Both the position numbers and the translations under genes were made by a program. From Amoebophrya sp. A120 (Eukaryota; Protista; Dinoflagellata): a stretch of DNA of 64,000 nt. The stretch is from NCBI GenBank assembly GCA_905178155.1, contig CAJINV010000007.1, positions 3,490,265-3,554,264 on the forward strand, given 5' to 3'. Of the stretch, positions 22,603 to 35,698 are shown in pieces. Position 1 is the first letter of the stretch; each line of letters opens with the position of its first letter. The notes beneath the pieces are model-generated. The model was not told the origin of the DNA and ran no database searches. It saw only the letters and a program-made list of their open reading frames with translations.

Positions 22603-24584
22603 AAACTTGCAGTGGAACTGCGGGTGATTATGTGCATATTAGCTCGTCTTCCACCGTAAGATGATAGACACAAAATCAAACAAAAAATCATCAGCACTTC
22701 GTTCCCTTTGCGATGAAGCTGGGTTTTTGTTTTCAAAATGAACAGAAGCGAAATAAACGAAAACGCTTCGCTCATGCAATTTCCGACTGAGAGTTGCATG
22801 TGTACGTTTCTTGTTGATTGGAGAAAGTGTTCCAGAAAGAAAGGATGCGTACACGTATGTGGCACCCATTTAATAGTGATTTTCACTTGTTTGAGGGCGG
22901 AGTGTTTACGGAGTGAAACTGAAGAACGAAGATGAGCATGAGGGCACCTTGCATGGTGCGACAGAAGGCATGGACAGGTGAGTAGGCTTCTTGTCTGAGG
23001 CTGTTGTATGTTACGCGAGATATGATCCTAGAGTTTGCGGTCCTTCAAAACTTGATGTCAGGGCTCTATTGTCTCTCTAACGATCACTTTTTCCGTCCCG
23101 ATGAAAATCAAACGATCAAATTTGAAATTGTATCTGACCTGCGGAACTCTCGCTAGAGTGTCGCAGTTATCATGAAATGGCTTCGCACGTTGAAACTGGT
23201 GAGGCTGGCACCGTATTTTCTGCTGGGCGCGTTCGCCATGTTTCTGCTTTGGTGGGCCTGCAAGCGGCGCAGCCAGGTTGTCCCAGTGCGAGACGAGGCA
23301 TCGGACGGCGAGGGTCGCCCAGATCGCACGGAGAGACGACTTGGTCGGCACCATCACGGCGTTGCCGCTCTGTAAGCGTCGCAGCTTGAAGCGGTCGGGG
23401 GCGATCCCTTTGCGTTGTTCTTTGTCGGTGGTCTCGCAGTGTGCTCTTGAGGTGGAGAAGAACCACGCGGGGCGGGGTATGGGCGGGCTCCACGCGCCGC
23501 AGCTAAGTAGGCCAAGCCAGCCGGAGCATCGCCCGCAGGTAGGAGGGCGGGCCGGTGTTTGCCGACCAGCCTGCCTCTCTTCAAAACGGGAGAAGGTGGA
23601 GTTCCGGGGTTTCAGGGTGGCGAAGGAGTGGCTGAGAGATCTCTTGGCTGTCTGCGAGATTGTGAAGAAGCAAGCGCGATACAGGTGGAGCGTTGGAGAG
23701 TTAAACAAAGCGTCCGCGGGATGCCGACGACAAAGAAAAAGCGACGGCCCGCGCGCGTGCCGCCCGGCCGCGATCGGGGCCGCCGGCGCCTGCCTCGGTG
23801 CGTCTTAGCTTCCCAGCTGTGCCGCGGCGCGCCGCGCTGGTCGTCGTGCCCCGCGGCTTTTCCGAGCTGCCCCGCGGAGCGCCCAGGCGGGCGGGTGGGG
23901 GCGTTCGTCGCCGTTGGTTTGTTTCGTGGGTGTTGGCTGATTGTGGGCTCGTTAGCTCGGGCTCCCCGGCTCGCTATTCGCGTTCTGTGTGTTGGGATAT
24001 TCTTTCCCCTGCAGCGTCGGTGGCCCGGCGTGGTGGCTGCAGACCATTCAATCGGCGCGGGCCCGCCTATATCGATGTATTGCCGGCAGGCTGCCCGCCG
24101 ACGACGACGCCGGATGTGTTGAGCCTGAGCCCGTTTTGATCAGCTTGGACGAGTATTGCTGTAGAGGAAGTCCTCGGCTAGCGACAGCAGTCGTGATGGT
24201 CTTCGACCCCAGAGCAGCAGGCCCAGTTGTTATGATGTCCTGGACTTGGTGCCCGCGCGTCAAGAAAGATCATGAGATGATGTGTGTCCGCCTGAGCGAG
24301 AGCGAGAGACGGTTCGAGTGCGCAAGGAATCTGTGGAGCAGTGACAGAACCAAAGGGCAAGAGCTCCAACATTGATGCACACAGAGGACACAGTTGGGCA
24401 TTTTATTTGCAGCGAAGATAGTCCGACGCACTTCAAGTGAAAGTTGTTTTCTCGTGCGATTACAACATTCGTCCTACTTCAACTCAAGCTGTAGTACAAA
24501 AACGCGTCGGTCGTGACCACATAACTTGCGTATTCACATCACGACGAGAAATTTTCTGCGGTGACAAAGAACCCTCAAACGAAG

Positions 24585-25067
24585 ATGGGCCTCCTTCCCA
24601 AGGCCGCCGTGACGAGCGGCTTCTACTTGTACTTCCCACTGATCGACATTGCGCAGACGATGATTTTCGTTTTCATGTCGCTCTTCACGCCAGCGGACAT
24701 GCTTGCCATGATCTTCCCCGATGCTAGCCTGACGGACGAAACCTCGCTCGCATTCGTCCAGCTGATGGGGTTCATGATCTTAACCCTCTGCGTTGCCGAG
24801 GCGATGATGCTCCTTCTCGGCCACAAGGCGATCGTGTTCTGGATGCGGTTCCAGCTGATTTTCATGGTTGGCTTCGCGTTTATGTGGTACAAACTGTCCC
24901 CGAAATACTTCTTTTCGCCCTTGAACCTGTACCAGACGCCGCCGTTTTTGTTCATGTACTTCTGGGCCGGGTTTGTGCACTACAAGCGGAACGGAATCCC
25001 GCTCAGCGACGGGGACGCGGGCTACACGGCGTCGGGAACGGAAGGAGTCGGGTTGATGGCGTATTGA
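24585..25067 (+). CDS. Small multi-pass membrane protein (about 4 TM)
   Basis: ORF 24561-25067, ATG at 24585. Several long hydrophobic segments. Confidence 0.75.
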   Translation: MGLLPKAAVTSGFYLYFPLIDIAQTMIFVFMSLFTPADMLAMIFPDASLTDETSLAFVQLMGFMILTLCVAEAMMLLLGHKAIVFWMRFQLIFMVGFAFMWYKLSPKYFFSPLNLYQTPPFLFMYFWAGFVHYKRNGIPLSDGDAGYTASGTEGVGLMAY

Positions 25068-25825
25068 GCCTCGACGCGCTGCTGGTCGAGCGCTTCTGTA
25101 TTGATGGCAACGCTGAACGAGGACGACGAGAGCTATTGTCGGATGGATGGTAGTTGAGCATTTTTTGCAGGTCCAGTTTCCTGGTTTATTTCGAATGATT
25201 ACTTTTCGATTACAAGAAGAAGAAACTGAACCTCGACTTTGCGATAGTTATTTGCAGAATTTGAACTGCTGTTGCACTACCACTGCGTGATTCGTTCAAG
25301 CAGCATACGCATGAAAAACTTTTTCTGATGGTCGCATGTTTTTCTTTTTGCGGACAACAGTGTACGTCTTCCAAAAATTTGTTTTTGCCGATGAAGCTCG
25401 TTGACAGAGCTCGGTCGTGTACCAAAATACACTCACACTCGTCGCATTTTCTGTGACGCTGCCGCTGGTGCAGCATCTTGCACACCGACTTCTTCGAAAG
25501 GAGAATTGGGTCGTAAGTCATGATTTTCCTGTGGCCGCCGGATTGATGTTCCTCTTACTCTTGAATGGCCGCGATATCAGAATCTTGAGAGAAACTTACA
25601 TGCAATTCGTCTTTCGAACTGGTCGCTATTCGAAATCGTGAGCGCTGATAGCGTTTTTCGCGTTTTGGCGACATGCTTTCGTACGATGTCAAACAATGAT
25701 CGTGCAATATAAATAAATCACCTCCACCAGCACCAACTTCTGTATATATTTGGTTCCCGCCTTCAGGCTTACACCATCGTAGTTACTGAGTATTCCTCAC
25801 GAAAAATAACTGAATTTCGGAGAGA

Positions 25826-28800
25826 ATGATGGATTTTTTCCGGCGTAAAGCCGGTGGCTCCTCCCGGTCTCAAAGCCCCGCTCCGCGGCCCGGCCAACAA
25901 CCGCCCATTAACTACGGACCACCGAATGCGACGAGCTATTCCTCTAGTCAGCCGCCCCCGCCGGGAAGTTACTCCTCTTCGCAGCCACCACCCGGCGCTT
26001 ACGGTGGGCCGCCCCAGCCTGGCGGTGCTCCACCTCCGATGGGAGGCCCACCTCCTGGAGGCCCACACGGTCCGCCTCCGGGTGGACCGATGGGCAGCGG
26101 CATGATGAACAATTCTGCTCCTCCACCTGCAACCTCCTCGTGGGGGTCCTTACCACCCGCGCACCAAGGGCCACCCGGTGGTGGACTACCACCTGGTCAG
26201 CAGGAGCAAGGAATGATGTCACAATCAGCTCCGCCAATGAACCAGAACGACTACTACTCCGCAGGAGGTTACCAACAGGAACCGATGCATCAGCAGCCAA
26301 GTAGACCTCCCCCGACACAACACGGAGGACCGGGCGGGACGCATCTCGGTAGTATGAGTAACAACAACAATTCTGTGAACAATGTGGGCAGCTCGCTGCC
26401 GCCGAACGCCGCCCCGATGGCGAGCTTCGCGAATTTCGCACCGGGGGACTTTGAGGTAGACGTCGAGCAGCAGCAACATCCACAAGCAGCGAGAGGCGTT
26501 CCGGTTCCCGCAAGACAGGACCAGAGCATGACAGGCGGGAACGGAGGCACTGGTGGGCCACCAGTGCCGGGTGGGGCGTTTTACGACGATAGGCCGTCCT
26601 CTCAGCTCGGTGGTGTTGACCAAAACAGGTCTCGACCGAGTGGCCCTCCACCCCGTCGGGACAATGACGTTTTGTCGTCAAACACGAATGAAGAAGGAGG
26701 AATGGTATAATTATTTTTTTGGTTTTGGCACTGTATGACATTGACACCACAAAGACTTTGATAAATTGTCGCTCATGGTCTATCTGTACAAAATCTTCCT
26801 GAAGAACATTTATGAATTGCCGAAATATTTTATTAAAATCAGGTCCCCACCGAAACCGAAGTTGACCGCATCATCTCTATGCTTCCAGAGTCCGAACTGG
26901 ACGGTGTCACACTGCTTTCTTCCATCGAGCAGGCAGTCCTGAACTCCCTCGAGCAGGGCAACTACGACCGAGTTGAGAAACTTTCCGCAATGTCCCACCG
27001 ACTCTCCAATGCCATGAAGGAAGCGGCGAGCGGAAACCCGGTGTCGCAGCAAAACCGCACCGCCGCAAACGCAGCGGGGTTCAGTTTGCACGAAAACTCG
27101 GCGTCGCAGGACCAGATGGACAACGTGAGTTTTGGGTTTCCGGACCTAGGAGGCGATATGAGCCGTGGTGGCAGTGGACCCGGCCCGGCATCTTCCTCCT
27201 CGCGTGGCGGGAGTAAGTCGAAAGATAACGCGAATCTTCAAAATGCAGGACCAGGAGACGATCGCAACATGGATTTCGGCGACGAGCTCGGCAACATCGG
27301 TTTTCCCGATGTGGTTTCTGATCAGCCACCATCCGACCGCGAGAGAAGGAACAAGGATAGAACCTCCTCGAGTGTTAAACCGGGGAAATCACCGAAAAAG
27401 AAAAAGAAGAAAAAAGCGAGTTTCGAAGATCAGGACAATAACGTGGGTGATACAACTTTTGAGCAAAGCCAAAACCCAACCGTGACCGGGTTTCCAACTG
27501 CTTTTGAAGATGTGCAAGGTCCTGGGATGACTAAATCGGGACCAAGTAAATCCTCCAAATCTACTACTTCCCAACAAGAGGCTGTTGCTCAGAAGTCGAG
27601 CAGCAAAGAGTTCCCCACGACTTTCTTTGACATGACCAGCGATGCCGGGACTATCGAGCCACTGAATCTCAACAACACGGATGAAGAGCGCGCGGACGCG
27701 AGCGGCTCGAAGGACGGGGGGAGCGGGGATAAGACCTTGCAGCCCATTGACGAAGAAGAAGCGGTCGTTTTTGAGTTTCCGACCCAGCACCACAGGAACA
27801 ATCATCCGACTGATGGCCGCCCCTCTTCGAAGGAACAGGGGCCCAATATCGGAGATCTGATCGACCAGATGATGGACGGCATCCTCACACGGGACAGCAC
27901 AGCGACCACTGCATCAACAAGAACAGCAGGCGGTCCTCAGGACAAGACCTCCGAGGGGGGGCGAAGCACTACCGCAACGATAGCGCCATTGAACGCGGAA
28001 GCAGCTGCAATATCCGATCCGACAGGAGCCACTCTCGCAGTTCCACAGACTCCTTCTTTTGGTCTACCGCTGCAGGCAGGAACCGCACTCAGTGATGTTG
28101 CCCAAGCAACTGTGCCTGCGACACCTAGCGCGGCCGGTGTAGTTCCGACATCTGGCGGTCTTCTCGGCGGTACTGCAGGAACAATACAACCGCCCTTGCA
28201 CGCGCAGGAGCAACCACTGTCGCAGTTCCACCTACAGCAGATACAGATGCAGCAAGCGGCCCAGCAGCAGCAACAGCAGCTTTACCCGCCCCCTGCTGCA
28301 TCTGGCTCCGGTAGTCCAGCACCTTCTGTCATGCAACTCCCGCCCGCGTTGCTTCAACACCAAAGCCAAGATCTCCTCGCCCAACCTCCAGAGCCCTCCA
28401 CCCCCTCGGTCAATTCCTTCGATCTCCGGTGGCACCCGGACGCGCTGCTCCATTGGGAACGGAAGGAAAAGCAGTACAAGCAGAAAATTGAGGAGCAAGC
28501 CAAACAGATCACCAACGAGCAGCACAACGTGAAGGCGATTTTGTCGCAGTTGCAATTTTCCTCGTCCCAAATGACGAAAACAAAAGAGAAGTACGAACAG
28601 ACGATCAAGCTCTGGCAGCAGCAATTCTACGACTTGGCCGAAAAGTTCGCAGAGTTGCAGCAGAACCACGCGACCTTGCAGAAGGAATTTAAAGAAAACG
28701 AGGAAAAAGCGACCGTTCGGGAGAAGACCCTGTCGGATACGAGGGAGCGGTTGTTTTCTGAAAAGGCGAAAGTGGCAAACATGATGGACGAAGTGGAAGA

Positions 28801-31800
28801 AAAGCGGTTGCTCTACGACACATTGCAGAGGTATCCACAGAAAAAAACCCATCCACATCCAATTTGTCATGCAAAAAACGTATCAAGTCATGTGTTTGTC
28901 ATGCAAAAAATGAATGTGGATGGGTGTTTTTTCCTGCATAAGAGGAGGCTGTTGGATTCGAAAAAATCCCACAAGTCTGCGGAACAGGAACTGAGAGAAC
29001 TGCACCATATTCTGGACACGACGAAAACAGCCGTCGTTGGGGGGAAGGTATTTTGAAATTTGTACTTCATCTTCGCACTCAATATTTTGTATCGGTTCAA
29101 CATCGCTTTTGGTTTTATTGACGTGAGTGACCTAGTAACCGAATGAAGCGCTCGCCCTGTTCATTTCAAAAAACTCTATGTATAAATATGTACGAAGCGA
29201 CTACTTAAAATAAGGTCACCGTCGAGCGCGGCACTTCTTCCTCTTCCACCTACCGCGACGTGTGCTCGCCTGTCATGGCGGATCGTGACGATGAGCTGGC
29301 GGCCGCGGAGAAGGGGCCGGCAAACGCAAACAAAACTGTGAAAGCTTTGATATGGCGTTCTCAACTGTTACATTCTCAAGTGTTACATGGATTTGTCATG
29401 CAAGAATGGGAGAAGTGAAAGGGGGGAGGTTGCATCTGTAGCATTACAAATTCCGAACAGATTTGGGCGCTGTTTAGCCATTCGCACATTTGTCATGCGA
29501 AGCAGCTTGATCGTGTGGATCTTGATGATCATTTTGCATGACAAATCATGTAACAGTTGAGAATGTAACGTTTGAGAACGCCATACTTGAAGCGGTTACC
29601 ACTGCCGGAGAAATTCTGTCCTGTGATTCTGGATGCGAAGGGGATGGACGCTGGTGGTACTTGGTTCTTTGGTGATGTCAATGGGATGTTGCTGTGTGTA
29701 TTATGGTATGCGCTTTTGTTTTCTCGGGCTGGTAAAAATATTGTCAAGTTCATTGTTTATGGCTCACTAGTACCTCGGCGTCCCGTAATATCCTCCCATT
29801 GCCTTTGCCATAGCCATGGTCGGACGATGAATGCTCCGAAAAAAAACAGGTATTTCAGTCCCGCCCCACGACCCAGCTGCACCACAACACTCTTCCTCGT
29901 CTACCGCAGCGTCATCCGAAGCACCACAAGTCGTGGTCTCCCCAGAGCTAACCGCGACCCTGACGGAGCACTACAGGAATTTGGCAGTCCACGGCACCGG
30001 GCCGGTTTTTGAAGATCCAAACATTCTCGTTTCCGTCGCGAGTATCGAGCCGGATAACATCATATCAACGGGAAACAATTTTCCGTTCCCGTACACGTAC
30101 GGTGCAAATGCTGTTATTTCTGCATGACAAACTTTTCCTTGAATTCTCTTCCGCATGACAAGTCGCTTCTTCTAAGTTCTTGGTGAAATTTTTGATGCAT
30201 TCTGCACATGTGCGGGAAATTTGTATTGCATACATCACCTTCCACGTGCTGAACAAGGGCAACATGCCGGCGGATGTGCTGGATTTCGAGCTCGCGCTAG
30301 TCGGGAGTAGTGGAAACAGGGTTTTGCTGGCGCAGAAAGAGGCCGAGGAGAAGAGCGCGAGCAGACAATACGGGTCCTTGTCCCCTTCCAAGCGTTCCCG
30401 GTCGCCGGCGAGAATTACAAATAGTTCGAATCGGCCAGGGGATCAAATGGATAATTCCTACGAGGATTTGTCTGGATTCTTGAAGCACAGCAAGCCGGTG
30501 AAAGGCGTTTTGATGACCGCGAAGACGGAGCCCAAGGAGATACAAGCAGCCAGCACATCAAAATCCCCGTCTTCGAGTCGGAATCTCGATACAACAAAAC
30601 CCTTCTGGTCCGGCAGACAGTCCCAGTCGGTTCCGAAAACGGTGCAACGAACCGGGCTCGGGCAGCTACCAGGCGAGCGGCACCGGGCGACAGCGTTGCG
30701 CTTGCCCAGCATTTGGCCGAAAAACGCGCAAACCTGCGAAGTGCGGTTGATGAACTATAATCAGCAAGGAATAGACGTGTCAGAAGGCGGGAATTCACAT
30801 GCAGCAGGACAAGCAACGGAGCAGGCCGGGGGTAAAAACAGCAGCTCCTCCTCGTCCAGCACTTCCCACCCGACAACTTCAGCAGCCAACAACAACACCC
30901 TGAACCTCCTCGATTCGATGCTGTACGAGGACGCGCCAATTCTAGAACTCTGGTACAGTTCCGGTTCCTCGGAAAACCTGACAAACTACTTCGCGATCCG
31001 TTTCCCCCTCCACGCCATTGTCCGGAAGTGCAATCTATGCATTGCAAAAGTACTATCGCACTAGAGTGGAAATGGAATGATAAATTTGCGCAAGTAGAAG
31101 AAATAAAGTCGAATTTGTCACGCTGATTAAACTGGATAAAAGATTATATTGTCATGCATGGCTGCATAATTGCTCCTTCTGCAAGTGCGATAGTACTTTT
31201 GCAGATGATACAATCTGCGACCGTTGTCTCTGATAAACCACGCCGCCTTCTTCGAGCGTTGGATGCAGAAGGAATTCCTGGAGAACGAAGTTTGTTTCGT
31301 CTCCAGGGCGAGGAAGGTGTTCTCGAAAGACAAAAATGGAATGCTGCATTTTCTTAAATGCTGTCAATTGGGGGACAGGTTACGGGCGTTGCCGCACTTG
31401 CAGTCGGACGGGGAAGTGGTTGCGACGAACAAGCCAACCTCGAGCGAAAGTAGCAGAAGTCAGTTGCCACGAGCTACTGCTGCCTCCTACAAGCTTCTCC
31501 TAGCCGCCGTCGTCCGACGGGCGACCGTCTCTCCGGAGGTTTTAGTGCAGGCAGAGATCGTGGACCAGAATGTGTTTGTCACGGTTCGGTCCACGCAAAT
31601 TGCGGTGTCACGAGCAATGAGCGCAGCTTTGGTGGACGTTTTAGCGGATGAAGGTTCAGTCAACGCCGGCGTTGCGGTCGCGGGGCAGGAAATGGTAATC
31701 GCGACCGAGAAGCAAAATGCCGCTGCAGCAACGTCTAGTTCTCCGAATCGCAGAAGTAAAGCAAACCAGCACAACATCCAACAAGGCCCCATTCCGGGCC

Positions 31801-32153
31801 GGCAGCCACCGCCTTCCGCGACCGAGATCAAGGAGAAGGAAGAAGCGGAGCAACTTCTGAAGAAGAAAGAGACTTATCTGTTTGACGCAGAGAAGTTGGA
31901 AGACGCTTTTGCACTCGAACCCACACCCACACTGGAGAAGTTGACGAAGGTCAGCGAGGCGAATCATGGGCAGGAACCGCTGCCGGCTTTCTACAACGAA
32001 AATGGCGAGTTGGAAAATAACGGGAAAAGCTTAGAGGAAATCCGGTCGAAGTTCACGCGGACCCGGTGCGAAACGCTTTTGGAGCAGATTAAGAGGCGGC
32101 AGCGGAGCTACGTGATCGACAAACTCACAGGGACCGGGGGGATGCAGTTTTGA
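25826..32153 (+). CDS. Large 8-exon protein: Pro/Gly-rich N-terminus, coiled coil, and a C-terminal alpha-adaptin appendage (ear)-like domain
   Basis: Exons 25826-26704, 26843-28831, 28946-29047, 29215-29350, 29591-29656, 29850-30062, 30238-31035 and 31216-32153 all join in phase. HYRNLAVHGTGPVFEDPNILV, ITFHVLNKG and RFPL..LRPLSLINHAAFFERW resemble AP-2 alpha ear motifs (NGVLFEN, FYGNK, KLP..FFQP..FFQRW). Confidence 0.65.
28832..28940. mobile_element. Introner, family A (109 bp, TSD AGAGG)
   Basis: TATCCACAGAAAAAAACCCATCCACAT with a degenerate right TIR. AGAGG at 28827-28831 and 28941-28945. Can be placed as GT-AG (28831-28944). The 114 nt are in frame. Confidence 0.9.
29351..29585. mobile_element. 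Introner, family F (235 bp, about 52-bp TIR, TSD TTTGA/CTTGA)
   Basis: TATGGCGTTCTCAACTGTTACATTCTCAAG... pairs with ...GTTGAGAATGTAACGTTTGAGAACGCCATA. Removal gives VKAL|KRLPL. Confidence 0.9.
30063..30232. mobile_element. Introner with degenerate TIR (170 bp, TSD CATCA)
   Basis: TAT...ATA ends with CATCA at 30058-30062 and 30233-30237. Removal gives EPDNI|TFHVLNK. Confidence 0.75.
31036..31210. mobile_element. Introner, family E (175 bp, TSD CAATC)
   Basis: Perfect 20-bp inverted-repeat core TGCAAAAGTACTATCGCACT. Removal gives RKCN|LRPLSL. Confidence 0.9.
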
Positions 32154-32917
32154 GCGAGCTGCACTAGGGCCGGGCTTTGCCCGTCTGTTTTTTCTGGCAC
32201 CCAGGGGCCAGCACATCAACACACTCGCAGCACGGACCCTACTTACTCGAGTTGCCTCGTCTGGGAGAGTCCTCGGGCTCCGTTAAATTTAGGATTGACA
32301 GAGCTTTCATGTTTACACTAAAGACTACTTCTTACTTCCACACTGCGCACAGAAAACCATTCGAGCAAGGTTGCGCTCATCGAGAGACAAAAGTATGTTG
32401 GAGCCTGAGCCAAGCCTTTCTACGCATTACAGGCATGCTGAAGATGAAATTCAGTCGTGAGGATGTTAGATGTCGGATCAGAAAGTTGCTTGATTGCGGT
32501 GCAGCCTGTTAAGCTTAGCGAGCTGCATACTTTTTACGTCCGAAACAAAGGTCGAGCACTTTGTTCCGCTTCGAACATAGATCGGCGATCAAGGACCGAT
32601 CACGATCTTCATTACCATGTGGCTTTTGAGTATGCAGACAATCAGGATGAGATTCTTGATTCGACGAACAATTCATTGGCTTGCCCACTCTCGAATATGC
32701 GATTGGTATGCTGTGCCTGTGGCTTCTCTTTCCAAGAAGGTTTCTTTAAGAAATGACTTTAACACGTGATTATAAAGCTTCTTGACGCGACTACGGCACT
32801 AATGCCAGCAGCTTTTGCTTTGTCGGAGTTTGTTCGTTAGATTTACTTGTTATTAAAGTTCAGACACTAAGACTAAATCTAGAACTACGGAAGGCCCCGC
32901 TAACTCGTCTGTGGAGG

Positions 32918-35698
32918 ATGAGGTTACGTATGGCTGCGGACGACGGAACCCGCTGTGTCCGAAGTGAGCTCGTGTGGCTCCGAGTATGGTTCTTCTCGTC
33001 GTGCTCCCTGCTGCAGCTTCTAGCAAATTTCGGCGTTTTTAGCCACGCCATCCCTTTCCGCGATTTCTACTGGATCGAAAGTCACGACGCCGCTACGGGG
33101 TATCTGTACGCAAAGACATCGTCTTCAAGCATGGCCACAACGACGCTCTACTCGAACCAGAACAACATGCTGGGGACGTCGTCGTCGACGAGAGAAAACC
33201 CGATCAACAACTGGGTGATAACCCAGACCGGTCCGCTCTCTCACCAGCTCGACTGCGGCGCCCGTGGCTTCGACCTGCGACCAATGTGCTTCTTCCATGA
33301 AGACGAACAGTTCGAACCAACAACGGACCACGCAGGCGGAGACAAGTCGGAAAACATGGACGGCGCTCCTGCTCTTGACAAGAAGCTTGCTGGTGTGCGG
33401 CAAACCGATCCCGAGATTTACTTCCACCACGGGTTGATTCCTGTGAAAGTGGTAAAATTTGAGGACGTCCTGAACGAAGTTTCTGCCTGGGTGAAAAACG
33501 ACACAGAAACGACGGGCAATCAAGACCCGGTCATTCTCGACATGTCCCATTTCGTCAGCCGTACTGCCTCGACGAGGAGCGACGTGCAGGCCAGCTCAGT
33601 CGCTGGAGCTGATCACCTCGCGATGATTGCCGCCGGGAAACAAGAGGATGCAGGACGGGACACGTTGCGCCGTCAGAAAATAATCCCGGGAACGAAACGC
33701 GAACACGATCAGCGCTGCTACGAGGCGGTAAAGGCGCGGGCTGTTGAACTTGGATACCCTTGGTTTGATTCATGTAATTCCAGCATGGTAAACGTAAACG
33801 CGAACTGGCCTGGCCGGCCCGACGCAAAGCCAAAGCAATCCCGCTCAGGAAATGGTGGAGGTGTGAAGAGTCTCGCAGACACAGACGTGACAGATGTTGT
33901 CAAGACGTATGGGAGAATCCTGCTACTTCACGGAGCGGCGTGCGTAGATGGGAATTACGACCCTGGGGTGAAGTGTGAAGATTGGAATTTGCAGGACGTA
34001 CATGCTGAAAATCAGCTAGACAGCACAAGAGAAAAACTGGATGACGCGCAGCGAAAAACGTTCTCGCTGGGATACGATTGCCATACTGACAAGTCGGTGC
34101 CTGAGAGCAGGGTGCGAGTGGACAAAAAACATAGTTCTATCGCAAGAAGAGCCCCCACCGGCCGGGCGTGGGACACGTTCTTTTCTTACTGGGATAAAAC
34201 TGAAAAGAACGTCGATCATAAAGGTCGTTATTCAAGCGACACAGGTGGAGCAGCACGACACCCTCCTGCAAGGTCTGGGTTTCGCATGCTGCAAGCGCAT
34301 TGGCAATACGATGCGTCGAGTATCTCCTTTGCTGAGGCAAGATTTGGCTTGGATGCCTCCGTCTTGTTTGACAATGAAAAGTCAGGCATGAACTTTATCG
34401 CTGCAGACAGAGTACAGAAGAACGCCGGGGCGAGGAATAAAGCTTGGAATATCGTCGAGGTAAATGATATGGAAGCGTCAGGTTTGAAATCGTCAAAGTT
34501 GAAATACGGTAGGGAAAACTGTCCCCACTACCCCGGTTTTCCCCAAAGACAATTTTTTTTTTTCGATCCAATTGTAAGCAGGGCGGGCCCTTCGCAAGCG
34601 ACCTGCGCCGCGAATGGCCAGACCGAAGCCCGCTCCCCCAGGTGTGTTGCTGGACTCAAAGACACTGCACGCCTTGCCCGGCTTTTTGGGGCGCAAGCAG
34701 CTCGGGGCCCGCGAGGCAGCGCCCTGGGCAAGGCGCCCATGCCAGACCCGCCCCCCGGCCACCTAAGGCTGAACGCAATGCCCCTTGCCGCGGACCTGTC
34801 TTCTCCGCTTGAGGCTGGCCGGCACCGTTTCCCTGAGTGCATGTTCGGACACGCTGGCGAGAAAAAAAACGTATGCTGGGGATTTCGGCCCTAAGCAGCT
34901 ATCTACGCACTTTCGGCCTCCAAAACGAGCACCAGAAACCTCCCGAAAAGGTACGCATGCACGACCCCCAGGGAAACGGTGAGGCCGGAGCCTCAGAAGT
35001 TGGGCGCGGCCAGTGTGGCGGGGCCGCGTTGCAGTAGCCCACGCGCGGATGGGGCCGAAGTAGCTACACACATCCACAAAGCTTGCTGCCCCGTCAGCTC
35101 ATGCGCCGACTTTTGCGCGCCGCTATCCCGCTTGCTCCATTGCATACGTAACAACCTCAGAAAGTATCCGTGAAGAAGATCCACTAGCGGACACTATCCG
35201 GGCGGGCTGTGCGGCCGGTGGCCGTGTTGTTGCGTCAGTTCATAAAAAAATTTTTGATTTGGGGAAAACCGGGGTAGTGGGGACAGTTTTCTCTAACGTA
35301 TGAAATAATTTGTAATGCATAAAATGCATGACCCGAGGCGCGTGTGTTGCAGAGCAGGCAAGTGAGGCCGATTGTAAGCCTGTTTGGGGTTACAGCTCGA
35401 GCTGCTAAAGTAGCATGAGAAAATCGCTCTTCTTTGCCTAAACAGCACGACAAACTGGATTTAAGGGCCGCCAAGATTTGTCATGCGCCACTCGGAAACT
35501 GGGCTTCAGTTGGCATCCATTTTATGCATCACAAATTATTTCAACTTTGAGGATTTCAATCCTGACGTTTCCATAAATGACGTTTGCCTGGATAAAGGAC
35601 AACTTGCAAAGGTTGTGAGGACGTTGAATCAGGACGCTGAGGATCGTGAAAGAACGAACGAGAGCTCGTCAATCGACATGGAAGAAGTTCACATGTAG
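32918..35698 (+). CDS. PI-PLC X-domain-containing protein, probably secreted
   Basis: Motifs SHDAATGY, TQ..LSHQLDCGARGFDLRP, FHHG and VILDMSH, with a hydrophobic N-terminus. Exons 32918-34467 and 35581-35698 give WNIVEVND|VCLDKGQLAKVVRTLN. Confidence 0.85.
34468..35575. mobile_element. Introner, family G (307 bp core, TSD AATGA), carrying a nested element
   Basis: TATGGAAGCGTCAGGTTTGAAATC ... GATTTCAATCCTGACGTTTCCATA. AATGA at 34463-34467 and 35576-35580. Confidence 0.88.
34505..35300. mobile_element. Non-autonomous TIR DNA transposon (796 bp, TSD TGAAA)
   Basis: 43-bp TIR TACG(G/T)TAG(G/A)GAAAACTGTCCCCACTACCCCGGTTTTCCCCAAA with 2 mismatches. TGAAA at 34500-34504 and 35301-35305. GC-rich interior. 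Confidence 0.92.

Noticed and set aside
23040-24160. TIR pair around the GC-rich island (TCAAAAC..TCAGGGCTC vs GAGCCTGA..GTTTTGA)
   Set aside because: The match is too gapped and no TSD is present.
29048-29214. Additional introner (TATTTT...AAAATA with an AGG repeat)
   Set aside because: Only a 6-bp IR and a 3-bp repeat, and it is adequately explained as an ordinary GT-AG intron.
30059-30233. U12-type AT-AC intron
   Set aside because: An AT..AC placement is formally possible, but the ATATCCT donor consensus is absent. The TAT...ATA + TSD pattern explains it better.
34468-34894. C-terminal extension of the PI-PLC ORF as given in the ORF track
   Set aside because: It is read-through into nested TIR elements. 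A better last exon lies at 35581-35698.
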